Made by a program: the position numbers and the translations under genes
The notes under the pieces: model-generated
What the model saw: only the letters and a program-made list of their open reading frames with translations
Database searches by the model: none
Told to the model about the DNA's origin: nothing
NCBI GenBank assembly: GCA_002067315.1
Contig: MVRA01000187.1
Location: forward strand, 577 to 64,576
Direction: 5' to 3'
Length of the DNA: 64,000 nt
Source: Methanocella sp. PtaU1.Bin125
GTDB taxonomy: Archaea; Halobacteriota; Methanocellia; Methanocellales; Methanocellaceae
Shown here: in pieces, positions 45,644-54,701 of the stretch
Position numbering within the stretch: position 1 is the first letter of the stretch
Layout: every line of letters starts with the position of its first letter

Positions 45644-47125
45644 TTACGCGGCCGGGACTATCTCCGTGCTCTTCCCGACCATCAAATTGTAAGAATCGTG
45701 CTCCTTATTATACCGTACGATGACGTTGTGGAACTCGAGCACGGCGCCGTACTTCGCTTTTGCGAGGGCTTCGTTTCCCGGTACGATGTTGTAGTCGGGA
45801 ATGATGGCGTAGACCTGCTGCCCGGTCGTGCCGTCGCAGATCTTAAAGACGTGCTCCTTCTTGCTGCCCAGGTCGCCGGACATCTTCGACGCGACGACGT
45901 TGATGCGCTTGCCCGTGTGCAACTTCAGTTTAGAGAGGCGGGCGAACTTCGCCTTCGGGGGCACGCGGTACTTCTCCCGGGTCAGGTCATCCTTGCGGAG
46001 AATGGCGTACGAGTACTTGATGTCCGTGTTCATGTACCTGAACGGCTCCTCCGTCTCGGCCACCTTCTTCATGAGCCCGGTCGGCGCTACGTCCTCCTTC
46101 TCTTCGAAGCTCCAGCACGACTCCGGCCTGCAACGGGCGCACCAGATGAAGGAGCACGGGCTGTACACGCCCAGGCCCCGGTCCATCAGCGCGGCGGCCA
46201 GCCGGCGCATCTCCATGGAGTTGTCTTTATCCGCGGGCTCGATGATCACGAGGCTGCCGTCCTGTGCCATGCTCTCGACATAACGCATGACCATGTCCGC
46301 CTTCTCGTCCAGGCCCATGGCGATCTCGTTAAGCACGTTGGAGAAGACGATCATGTCCAGGCCGCCCGGGATTTTAGGCTTCTCCGCCAGGTCGGCCCGG
46401 AACGGCTTCGCGATCTTTACGTTCCCCCCGGCCGAGGCGAACTCCGGCACCAGCGCGGTGTAGGCCTCGAGGTTCTCCTCGTACTTCTCGATGGCGTAAA
46501 CCTCGACCTCGTGATTTTCGAGCCGCCGGTAGAAGTCGATGATCGCCAGCGGCACCACGCCGGGCCCGGTGCCCGCGTCGAGCACCTTCATCCGGTCCTT
46601 GAGCAATCCCTCGCGGGCCATGTCGTAGAGGATGTGCTCGAACTGGGCGAAGTAGACGGGGAACTGGTACGCGAGATACCCCAAAACGCTATAGCCGCTC
46701 CGGTAGTCGATCTTCCGGGCCTGGCCCGCCTTCCAGTACTGCGCCTTCTGGCTGACGATCGCTTTACGGATCTTATCGAGCACCGCCGGGTCGTCCCACG
46801 ATTTCGCCGTCTTCTTATCCACGTACTTCTCGATCAGCCGCTCCAGCTTCCGGGGCACCCGGGGCGCGCTGAAAAAGGCGTCCTGTTGCTCTATCTCCTT
46901 CTCGCTGAGCGTCAGCTTCCCGGCCGGCGGAAGCTGCTCGATGCGATAGTCGCCGCCCTCCGGCACGGCCCTGAGCCCGAGCCCGTCGAACAGCGGCTGC
47001 ACGGCCTGATAGATCCCGGCCGTGCTCTTTTCCTCTTTGATATACTGCCGCAGCTCGGACAGCATGAACGACTTCCTGAACCGCGACACGTACTTCAGCG
47101 CGGAGACGATCTCCCGGTTGCTCAT
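45644..47125 (-). CDS. Class I SAM-dependent methyltransferase (Rsm22-like)
   Basis: SAM motif I VLDAGTGPGV. Later Cys cluster (CSFIWCARCRPESC) and overall length resemble Rsm22-type methyltransferases. Confidence 0.65.
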   Translation of the reverse strand: MSNREIVSALKYVSRFRKSFMLSELRQYIKEEKSTAGIYQAVQPLFDGLGLRAVPEGGDYRIEQLPPAGKLTLSEKEIEQQDAFFSAPRVPRKLERLIEKYVDKKTAKSWDDPAVLDKIRKAIVSQKAQYWKAGQARKIDYRSGYSVLGYLAYQFPVYFAQFEHILYDMAREGLLKDRMKVLDAGTGPGVVPLAIIDFYRRLENHEVEVYAIEKYEENLEAYTALVPEFASAGGNVKIAKPFRADLAEKPKIPGGLDMIVFSNVLNEIAMGLDEKADMVMRYVESMAQDGSLVIIEPADKDNSMEMRRLAAALMDRGLGVYSPCSFIWCARCRPESCWSFEEKEDVAPTGLMKKVAETEEPFRYMNTDIKYSYAILRKDDLTREKYRVPPKAKFARLSKLKLHTGKRINVVASKMSGDLGSKKEHVFKICDGTTGQQVYAIIPDYNIVPGNEALAKAKYGAVLEFHNVIVRYNKEHDSYNLMVGKSTEIVPAA

Positions 47126-47335
47126 CGGTGAGCCTCATTGTCGGGCGAGGATAAAAGTGTTTTCAAAGCGAGGACCATGCCGGTACATGGGACTACGAAC
47201 GAACGAAATAGTAAAAGGCCGCAGAGAGCGCAGAGAGCCGCAAAGACCGCAGTTTCTTATTAGTTTTACTTATACGATATCTAAAAGAAAAACTGCATTC
47301 CATGAAAATATCCTTGTATAGGCAATGTGACTCCT

Positions 47336-47456
47336 GTCACGCTCGCCAAGGGCGCCAGGTAGCCAAGGGCGCCAAGCCTTTATAGATATTGTGATATGGC
47401 CTTAACTAATCAGTCCTTGGCGCTCTTGGCTCCCTGGCGCCCTTGGCGAGCGTGAC
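47336..47456. repeat. CCTTGGCGC-family repeat, two arms in back-to-back orientation
   Basis: GTCACGCTCGCCAAGGGCGCCAGGTAGCCAAGGGCGCCAAG (47336-47376), a ~38-bp spacer, then CCTTGGCGCTCTTGGCTCCCTGGCGCCCTTGGCGAGCGTGAC (47415-47456). Wider imperfect dyad spans about 47215-47545. Confidence 0.8.
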
Positions 47457-47631
47457 CGGGGCGCATTGCATTGATAAGGCCTGATTTTCATAAGCCTATA
47501 CATGAAAATACCCGTTTTTCATCCATCGAGTTCTCTGCGGCCTTTAACCGCGCCCTGTGTACCTGTACACACAGCCCGGAAACGCTCCTGTGCCATAAGC
47601 GCTGCGTGGTATGTGCTATTGTAGTGTTGCA

Positions 47632-49299
47632 CTAACGGCGCATGAGCAGGTTGCGGATGCCGGGGTGCCGGCGGGCGATGTCGCGGTAGATGCCGTCCTC
47701 GTCGCCGTGGCGGCCCTGGAGCGCGAGGGCCTGGCCGATCTGGTCGCGGGCGTAGATGACGCCTTCGAGGTAGTCGATGGTATACGCGTAGTTCAGGGCG
47801 GAAATAAAGTGGGTGGCCGCGGACGCGAAGTCACCGCAGGCCTTGTGCGCCAGCCCGATGTTCATCAGCTGGTCGGCGATGCCCCGGGCGTTGCCCGTCT
47901 GCCGGGCGTCGCGCAGCGCTTTCGTGAAATGCTCCTTCGCGAGATCGTATTCCCGCATGCTCATGTAAACGATGCCCGCGTTGCCGTATGCCACCGAGCG
48001 GGCGTACTTCACCGAGCCTCTTCCCGTATACGTCCCCCGCGACGCTGCTTCCTCGAACGCCTTCAGCGCCTGGCCCAGGTCGCCCAGCAGCATGAGGCAG
48101 GTGCCCATGTTGCAGTACGTGGACATGACGTCGGTATCGCCTGCGGCGCCGGGCCGGGCGTCGCGGAAACAGTTGAGCGCCAGCCCGATGTCGCCGGCAT
48201 CGAAGCGCACCAGGCCCAGGTAGAACCCGACAAGCGACCGCTGTCTCCTGTCGTCGGCCATATCCATCGCGTCCTCCAGCGTGCCGATCGCCCCGGCGTG
48301 GTCCTGTCGCTCCAGCGCGATACAGCCTTTCAGCACCAGCGAATAGACTTTCATGTCTTTACAGGGCGCGACTTCGAGGGCGCGGGCACAGTAGCCTGTC
48401 GCCAGAGCAATCTTGCCCATGAGAAAAAAATTGAGCGCCAGCAGGGCGTAATGCTCGTACAGCAGGTACCTGTTGCCCGTGCCCGGCCGGTGTACGGCGA
48501 GGAACTTCAGCAGCCCGGCGGACGGGAAGAGGCTGAACAGCAGGATGCCCAGCGCCGCGATCAGGTCCGTCTTTTCCTGGTCCACGGCACCGCCAGCCCG
48601 GAGCGCTGAGATCGCCGCGACCAGGGGGCGTGCCAGCTCGACCCTGCGCTCGCGCTCCACGAGCCGGTAGTACCCGGGATAGGCCGACACCCGGTCCATG
48701 ATCTCCATGATCTTCCCGCATTCGTCGGCACTGATTAGACCTTTGCCCTGGCGCTCCAGCAGCCCCTGCACGTACCGGGCCAGCGACATGGAAAAACGGC
48801 TCCTTTGCGTCTCCCCCTGGCTTATCTCTCCGAACGACCGGCACGGGAGCCGGCCGATCTCGACGATCGTCTGCCGGATCGCCGGGTGTTCCAGGCTGAT
48901 GATCTCCTTTCGGACGCCGGTCACATAGAGCATGGCCCTGACGGACGTGGAAAACCGGCGCAGGTATTCCCGGAAGTACAGGTCGAAGGTCTCGAACCCG
49001 GGCCAGGCGTCCGGGCAGGCTGATGCGGCCGTATAACGACGATAAATGTCTGCCGAGAGTACCCCGTAGCGGTCGCCGCCCTGTCCTGTCAGGCCCTCAT
49101 AGTCCGTACCGGCCAGCGTGTGCAGCAGCAGGTCGATCTCACCGGCCGAGAGCCTTTCGCCCAGAAATCCGGCCGCACTGCGTATCGCCGCTAACAGGCG
49201 GCTGCTGCCCGGGCAGCTATGCCCGCGGGCCGCCAGGCTGCCGGCATCCGCGATGCCCAGGTATGCTCCCAGTGCCGCGACGCTGTCCCAGTCCCGCAA
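47632..49299 (-). CDS. Tetratricopeptide (TPR) repeat protein
   Basis: The C-terminal half has multiple 34-aa TPR-like units (e.g. YGNAGIVYMSMREYDLAKEHFTKAL, LMNIGLAHKACGDFASAATHFISAL). Confidence 0.7.
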   Translation of the reverse strand: MRDWDSVAALGAYLGIADAGSLAARGHSCPGSSRLLAAIRSAAGFLGERLSAGEIDLLLHTLAGTDYEGLTGQGGDRYGVLSADIYRRYTAASACPDAWPGFETFDLYFREYLRRFSTSVRAMLYVTGVRKEIISLEHPAIRQTIVEIGRLPCRSFGEISQGETQRSRFSMSLARYVQGLLERQGKGLISADECGKIMEIMDRVSAYPGYYRLVERERRVELARPLVAAISALRAGGAVDQEKTDLIAALGILLFSLFPSAGLLKFLAVHRPGTGNRYLLYEHYALLALNFFLMGKIALATGYCARALEVAPCKDMKVYSLVLKGCIALERQDHAGAIGTLEDAMDMADDRRQRSLVGFYLGLVRFDAGDIGLALNCFRDARPGAAGDTDVMSTYCNMGTCLMLLGDLGQALKAFEEAASRGTYTGRGSVKYARSVAYGNAGIVYMSMREYDLAKEHFTKALRDARQTGNARGIADQLMNIGLAHKACGDFASAATHFISALNYAYTIDYLEGVIYARDQIGQALALQGRHGDEDGIYRDIARRHPGIRNLLMRR

Positions 49300-49462
49300 A
49301 CGCTATCCCTCCCTGCCCGTTTTGTCCCGTGCCGATCTTGGACGCGCGCGGCTTTATACATTCACCGGCGATCGACGGTCACCGTGGCGCGTTCATAGCT
49401 TAATCTGCGGCTCGCAGAAAACGTGAATTGCATTTATTCATTCGGACACGGATAGTAGAGTA

Positions 49463-49993
49463 ATGTCAGACGGCCCGGACCGCGATGAGAAAGAAACGAT
49501 ATCTGACCGGGCAATGGACTGGTTCTCCGTCCTGTTCTTTTACGTGATAACGCTGCTCTTCATCCTCATCTCGCTGGTGCTTATCGGCCTGGCCTTCGAT
49601 CGTCTTTACGCTACCGCGACCGCGTTCCCGCAGATCGCGCTCGATTCGCTGTTCGAGACGATCGGCTTTACCACCATCGCGGCCGCCGTGTTCGAGCTGG
49701 CGCGCACCATGTACGAAGAGGAAATCCGCAGTGAGGTCAAAATGACCGCGCCGATCAAAATACGCCACTTTATCTCCCGGTTCCTGACGGTGATCGTGAT
49801 CTCCCTCTCTATCGAGTTTCTCACGATGGTCTTTCGGTACAGCCATAAGCCCACCGAGTTCGCATACCTCTTCGAAGCGGCAGCCGTCGCCGTCGGGATC
49901 GCGCTGCTGTTCATCGCATGGGCGTTCTATAACCGGACCTCCGTGCCGGTCGAGCAGTTTGAGCGGAATACCGGTGGCAAGCGCAACGGCTGA
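49463..49993 (+). CDS. Integral membrane protein (4 TM)
   Basis: 176-aa ORF with four hydrophobic helices. Confidence 0.55.
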   Translation: MSDGPDRDEKETISDRAMDWFSVLFFYVITLLFILISLVLIGLAFDRLYATATAFPQIALDSLFETIGFTTIAAAVFELARTMYEEEIRSEVKMTAPIKIRHFISRFLTVIVISLSIEFLTMVFRYSHKPTEFAYLFEAAAVAVGIALLFIAWAFYNRTSVPVEQFERNTGGKRNG

Positions 49994-50130
49994 TGGATCA
50001 GCTTTTGCACTCCATATTTACTTGATTTAACCGGAAACGCGACATTTATCATAGTTTTTAACGAAATATGCCTGCATAGCATGCGCATTTGACGAGAAAC
50101 TCTTTAAACCCCCGGCAGATATAGTAATCC

Positions 50131-51078
50131 ATGCGCGGGACTGCCAGTAATGTCGGTACCGGAAAAATCGATGCGATCGTGTATCGCGCCGGTAAATCGC
50201 ACCCCTTTTATGTCTCTGAACACGAGGCCTCGTTTGCGAGAGGCCCGGACCTACGCTCCTGTCTGGCCAACCTGTCCCGTCAGGTACAGGAAGACGTGAC
50301 CACGGGCATGTACCCGCCAGCGAACAGGGCGATTCTTCACACGTTTATCACCACTGCCGGCGTCACGCTTGACCTGCGTGACGGGCGCCGGAAACAGCCG
50401 TTCATCTGCCGCATCGACGAGGTCGCGGACCGTTACGGCCGCCAGTCATTCGAGGCCCAGTGCCCGACCAACTACATGCGCGAAAGCGGCCGCACAGTCG
50501 CGGACGCCATGGCCCGGCTGGGCGACATCATCGCGGCCCGCTACGAAGGCGAGAGCGTCACCGACCTGATGCGCGAACTCCCGAAACGGCCCATGCTTAC
50601 CTCGATCTATCCCGGCAAGGCGAAGGCCGAACGCCTGGTCAGCGCGCTCATCCGCCGCGAGAACGGCGGCTACGAGGCGCAGTCGCTGGAATCTGACGAG
50701 CGGGCGAAGGGACACAATCCGCTGTCAGCCCTCCAGAACCTCGAAAAGTCCTTATCGGAGGCCGACTTACGCCATGCCCCTGTCATGCAGGGCGAGCCGG
50801 TATATTGTACGCTCGACGTCCCCCTGCACCTCAAAGAACACGTCTCCATTCGCCGCTTTTTTGTCCCTGTTTCTCGCTACAATGGCCACGCGCCTGCTTT
50901 CTATGCTTCCTGCCTGCCGCAGGCCGGCATCTCGATCCGCGCAAAGACCTTCGACGAGGCCGTCGAAGCGGCCCGCGACGCCATCGCCCTGGAGTTCAGG
51001 GAAAAGTCCGCGGAAGAGGTTGCAGATACGCTGAAAAAGCCGATTATGCTGACCGCTGCGCGCGTCTCAGTGAACTAA
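50131..51078 (+). CDS. Hypothetical protein with repeated HicB/UPF0150-like modules
   Basis: The C-terminal module FYASCLPQAGISIRAKTFDEAVEAARDAIALEF matches the HicB-like pattern (F.A.....G....G.T.eEA...a.eAI). Weaker similar modules occur upstream. Confidence 0.55.
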   Translation: MRGTASNVGTGKIDAIVYRAGKSHPFYVSEHEASFARGPDLRSCLANLSRQVQEDVTTGMYPPANRAILHTFITTAGVTLDLRDGRRKQPFICRIDEVADRYGRQSFEAQCPTNYMRESGRTVADAMARLGDIIAARYEGESVTDLMRELPKRPMLTSIYPGKAKAERLVSALIRRENGGYEAQSLESDERAKGHNPLSALQNLEKSLSEADLRHAPVMQGEPVYCTLDVPLHLKEHVSIRRFFVPVSRYNGHAPAFYASCLPQAGISIRAKTFDEAVEAARDAIALEFREKSAEEVADTLKKPIMLTAARVSVN

Positions 51079-51132
51079 AGCCCGTCTGCAGATCGCGCGC
51101 ATGCGAGCACCTGCCGTCCTGCCGGTCCTTAT

Positions 51133-51582
51133 CTAGAGTTCCACATCGCCGCGGACGACCAGCACGGGGAACGGCGCTTTTCGCATGATGGACTCCGAGA
51201 CGCTGCCCATGAGCATGTGTGCGACATTCGACTTGCCCAGGCTGCCCACGACGATCATGGCGGGCTTTTCCTTTTCCGCGATCTTGATGATCTCGTCCGC
51301 CGGGTATCCCCGGGCTATGAGAGTGGAACACTTCACATCCGCCTGCTTACATTGAGAGGCCAGGTATTCCAGCGCCTCTTCGCCTTCCCTCCGGTGCTTC
51401 GCGTTCTCTTCCTCGTAGCCCGTAATGCTGTCGTGGTGGGCGAGGGCAAAAAGTTCGAGGCTTTTCAGGTTGATCACGTAGACACCAAGGACTTCCGCGC
51501 CCATCTTTGCGGCTACCCGGGTGCCATAATCAACCGCCTTGCCGGCGTTTTTAGACCCGTCCGTCGCGATGAGGATTTTCAT
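51133..51582 (-). CDS. Universal stress protein (UspA family)
   Basis: MKILIATDGS start and C-terminal GSLGKS....MGSVSE....A..PVLVV motif. Confidence 0.85.
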   Translation of the reverse strand: MKILIATDGSKNAGKAVDYGTRVAAKMGAEVLGVYVINLKSLELFALAHHDSITGYEEENAKHRREGEEALEYLASQCKQADVKCSTLIARGYPADEIIKIAEKEKPAMIVVGSLGKSNVAHMLMGSVSESIMRKAPFPVLVVRGDVEL

Positions 51583-51666
51583 ATGGACTCTCAAATAACG
51601 TAAGAGCTTTTAAAATAAAAGCCTGTTGAGCCTATCAGGGGGCTTATGTGCCTGTCGCTCGTCCGG

Positions 51667-52293
51667 TCAGGGTAAGAACAACGAGATGAAACCGTAGCCC
51701 AGGTTGAGGCCGTAGATGATGATGACGAGGCCGCAGAGCACGTTGATGAACCGCAGCACCCCTCCGTCCAGCGCTTTCTTGAACACGCCGGTGGCCGTCG
51801 CGAGCCCGGTGAACCAGGTGACCGACGCCGCCATGACGCCGAGTATGAACAACATGGACGCGTCAGGTGGCAGCGTGGCCCGCATGCCGCCGAGCAGCAT
51901 CGTCCCGTCCAGGACTGCCTGGGGGTTCAGCCAGGTGACCGCGAAGCAGGCGACGATGATCTCGCGGAGCGGCTTCTCGACGTCCGTCGTGCCGGGGGCC
52001 GGCTTCGCGAGGAGCATCTTTACGCCGAAGTAGACGACCAGTACGCAGCCGATAAGCAGCATGGCCCCCCGGAGGGCGGGCACCAGCTCCAGCAGCAGCC
52101 CGATGCCGAAAAAGCAGCTCAGCGCCAGCGAGATGTCGAAGGCCGTGGTCGCGGCCACGACCTGGCAGGTGCGCACCCGGCCCATGCGCAGCGCCGTGTT
52201 GATCACGTACATGTTCTGCATGCCGATCGGGGCCAGATAGGCCAGCCCGAGCAGCAGCCCTTGCAGCAGGTATGCGATCGCTCCGGAATCCAT
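51667..52293 (-). CDS. LysE/ArgO-family amino-acid exporter
   Basis: 208-aa protein with 6 TM helices. N-terminal PIG.QN motif (LAPIGMQNMYV). Confidence 0.8.
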   Translation of the reverse strand: MDSGAIAYLLQGLLLGLAYLAPIGMQNMYVINTALRMGRVRTCQVVAATTAFDISLALSCFFGIGLLLELVPALRGAMLLIGCVLVVYFGVKMLLAKPAPGTTDVEKPLREIIVACFAVTWLNPQAVLDGTMLLGGMRATLPPDASMLFILGVMAASVTWFTGLATATGVFKKALDGGVLRFINVLCGLVIIIYGLNLGYGFISLFLP

Positions 52294-52373
52294 GCAGAGC
52301 CACTGTGAACTGAATACATTTATACCTTATTCAAACGACAGCGTTAAACAGAGGGTACGCATAATGTTCCCCG

Positions 52374-52754
52374 ATGAAGCAGTGCCATTTCTGGGGCCGG
52401 GACCCGTACGACGACCGCCTCGTCGAGCAGGTGTTGCGGGGCGAGAAGACCGTCACCTGCGCGCTGGCGGCTTTTTACTATGACGACCCGGAGGACGAGC
52501 CGGTCGAGCCGGGCGACCTTGTCGAGGTGATCGACGGCCGGGGCAACCGCCGTTGCGTCATCCGCATCGACCGGGTCTACGAGATACCCTTCGGCGGCGT
52601 CACCGACGAAATCTTAAAAGGCGAATGCATCGGGTCGATAGAGGAGTTTAAGGCGTGCCACCACCTGTGCTGGGACGCCGATATGGCGAAAATCGGGCAG
52701 GTCATCGACGATCGCACCCCGCTGGTCGTCGAACATTTCACCCTGGTGAAATAG
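52374..52754 (+). CDS. ASCH domain protein
   Basis: 126 aa. The pattern L...VL.GEKT.T ... GD...V.D..G.....I.I..V is typical of the ASCH/PUA-like fold. Confidence 0.65.
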   Translation: MKQCHFWGRDPYDDRLVEQVLRGEKTVTCALAAFYYDDPEDEPVEPGDLVEVIDGRGNRRCVIRIDRVYEIPFGGVTDEILKGECIGSIEEFKACHHLCWDADMAKIGQVIDDRTPLVVEHFTLVK

Positions 52755-52825
52755 TCGTCCCGCAAGACGTATTGATACGCCCGGACAGTAACCCAGTACG
52801 CCGATACCGGATGATTAAAGTCCGC

Positions 52826-53341
52826 TTATTCCATTACTTTCTTCCTGAACGTCAAATAGGCGTCCAGGAGCGCCATCGCCCATACCAGCACGGCGAGCAC
52901 GCCGATCTCGACGCTGTAGATGATGGCCAGCGCCCAGAAAACGATGTAGGTGAGAAGCAGCATAACGCCGAACTTCTTTTCGGCCACGGCGATCTGGAAC
53001 AGGCCGGGCACGATCAGGGATACCAGCAGCGTCCTTTCCAGCCTCACCTGTGCCGGCGAGGCGCGGCCGGCGCCCGCATCACTGTTGCCTGCCGGTCTCT
53101 TCTTCGTATAGCCGTGATGCCCTCCATGGGCGTCATACTCGGCGCGGAGCTTCGGGTCGGACAGGACTTCGTACGCCTCCGTGACCGCGTTGAAAATTTC
53201 CGTGGCGTTGGCCGCCCGGTTCACGTCGGGGTGATACTGCTTGGCGAGGACGCGGTAGGTCCGCTTGATCTCGTCCGGCGTGGCCGTATTCTCCAGACCC
53301 AGGATGGCGTAGTAGTCTTTCTCGAAGTCCACATTAACCAT
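52826..53341 (-). CDS. J-domain protein with C-terminal membrane helices
   Basis: DYYAILGL...YR.LAKQYHPDVN J domain, followed by two or three hydrophobic helices. Confidence 0.8.
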   Translation of the reverse strand: MVNVDFEKDYYAILGLENTATPDEIKRTYRVLAKQYHPDVNRAANATEIFNAVTEAYEVLSDPKLRAEYDAHGGHHGYTKKRPAGNSDAGAGRASPAQVRLERTLLVSLIVPGLFQIAVAEKKFGVMLLLTYIVFWALAIIYSVEIGVLAVLVWAMALLDAYLTFRKKVME

Positions 53342-53442
53342 AAAGGCCGGTACTGTGTTATAATTTTTTCTGGTTGCGCCGTACTCGATTTACATAAAAA
53401 GCTTAATATAAATGGCACTGCGGCACGGACCGTACGTTCGTT

Positions 53443-54138
53443 CTACCGGCCCGGACGCCGGGCGAGGCACTCCTCGATGTCCGCAAACGATCCCGTGACG
53501 TCGTCGGCATCCTTCAGGTACTGTTCCGGCAGCGTCGTGGTCACGGCGATCACATAGCCGGCGCCGGCGGCCTTTGCCGCCTGTATCCCGAGGGGCGCGT
53601 TCTCTACCACCACGCAATGTTCCGGCGGGATGCCAAGCCGCTCCATCCCTTTCCGGTACGGGTCCGGGTACGGCTTGCCCCTTGCGGTATCGTCGCCTGC
53701 CACGACGGCGTCGAACGCGTCATCGAGGCCGACCTTCCTGATCACGCCGGCCACGGACTTCGCGTTGCTCCCGGTGATCAGCGCCAGCCGGATGCCGTTC
53801 TCCCGGAGCATCCGCAGCGTCTCCGGTACGCCGGGGAACGTCTTCGCGTCCTTCGCTGCCAGCGCACGGTAGATCTCGCGCTTATCCTCGATCAGTACTC
53901 GCAGCTGATCGTCGGCGATACGGGCGCCTTTTTCCTTGACGATGGCCCTGCCCACCTCCATGGATGGCATCCCTTCCGTCAGGTATACCTCCAGCGGTGT
54001 GACGTGGATATCATGTTTCTCGAACGCCTGACGGTAGGCCTCGTAATGCAGGCCCATAGTGTCGGTGATCACGCCGTCGAGGTCGAACAGGACGGCCCGG
54101 TATTTTTCTGTGTCAATGCGGCAGGTGGCAGGCATCAA
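53443..54138 (-). CDS. HAD-superfamily hydrolase (beta-phosphoglucomutase-like subfamily IA)
   Basis: Motif I FDLDGVITDT, motif II LITGS, motif IV-like VVENAPLGIQAA. Confidence 0.85.
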   Translation of the reverse strand: MMPATCRIDTEKYRAVLFDLDGVITDTMGLHYEAYRQAFEKHDIHVTPLEVYLTEGMPSMEVGRAIVKEKGARIADDQLRVLIEDKREIYRALAAKDAKTFPGVPETLRMLRENGIRLALITGSNAKSVAGVIRKVGLDDAFDAVVAGDDTARGKPYPDPYRKGMERLGIPPEHCVVVENAPLGIQAAKAAGAGYVIAVTTTLPEQYLKDADDVTGSFADIEECLARRPGR

Positions 54139-54299
54139 TCAATAGTTGGCTTTATCGGGTTTATAGTTACTGCGGGGAAAAGGCAGGGGCATTGTACCTG
54201 TGCGTATGGCCGCGGGGGCGTTCGCGCGCGGGGCGAGGAGAGGGATGACATGCGACACGATGGCCCGGGGGTGCTCTTCGCGATATACTAATTGATTAT

Positions 54300-54445
54300 A
54301 AAAAGCGTACAGGGGAACCTTTTGGTAAAAGGTTCCCCTTGCACCCTTCCAAAACGTTTCTAAAAATGGTGCCTTCGGCACGTGTGTTTGGTGTCGCGAG
54401 TCAGGGGGCTTTTGAAAAAGCCCCCGACAGCCCGCAAAACTTTTT
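54300..54445 (-). terminator. Three consecutive perfect hairpins with T-runs downstream of the tRNA-Tyr/tRNA-Asp pair
   Basis: GGGGAACCTTTTGGTAAAAGGTTCCCC, GTGCCTTCGGCAC and GGGGGCTTTTGAAAAAGCCCCC (plus-strand spelling). On the minus strand each is followed by a T-run. Confidence 0.35.
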
Positions 54446-54447
54446 AG

Positions 54448-54520
54448 CGCTCGGATCGGGATTTGAACCCGAGTCGGAGCCTCGACAGGGCCCCATGATA
54501 GGCCTCTACACTATCCGAGC
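54448..54520 (-). tRNA. tRNA-Asp (anticodon GUC)
   Basis: The reverse complement folds as GCTCGGA-TA-GTGTAGAGGCCTATCAT-G-GGGCC-CTGTCGA-GGCTC-...-CTCGGGTTCAAATCCCGA-TCCGAGC-G. Confidence 0.85.
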
Positions 54521-54528
54521 ATTTGATG

Positions 54529-54620
54529 TCCCGCCCCCCGAATTCGAATCGGGGACCTGTCGGTTTCCGCAGTCGTAAGGTCTACAGCCGACCGCTCTGA
54601 CCAGGCTGAGCTAGGGCGGG
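54529..54620 (-). tRNA. tRNA-Tyr (anticodon GUA) with canonical-position ~17-nt intron
   Basis: Reverse complement: CCCGCCC-TA-GCTCAGCCTGGTCAGAGC-G-GTCGG-CTGTAG[intron]A-CCGAC-AGGTC-CCCGATTCGAATTCGGG-GGGCGGG-A. Confidence 0.85.
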
Positions 54621-54701
54621 ATTATTGACACCCGCTCTGGTGCAGCATCACTCATATACTTCAACGTACTTAAACGTTTCGGGCTTGTGGTAAGCCTGCC
54701 G

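Noticed and set aside
45698-47131. 477-aa ORF antisense to the Rsm22-like methyltransferase
   Set aside because: The minus-strand frame carries the SAM-binding motif and normal composition. The plus-strand ORF is Arg/Leu/Val/His-rich shadow.
47611-48609. 332-aa ORF antisense to the TPR protein
   Set aside because: The same reasoning applies. TPR units are readable on the minus strand only.
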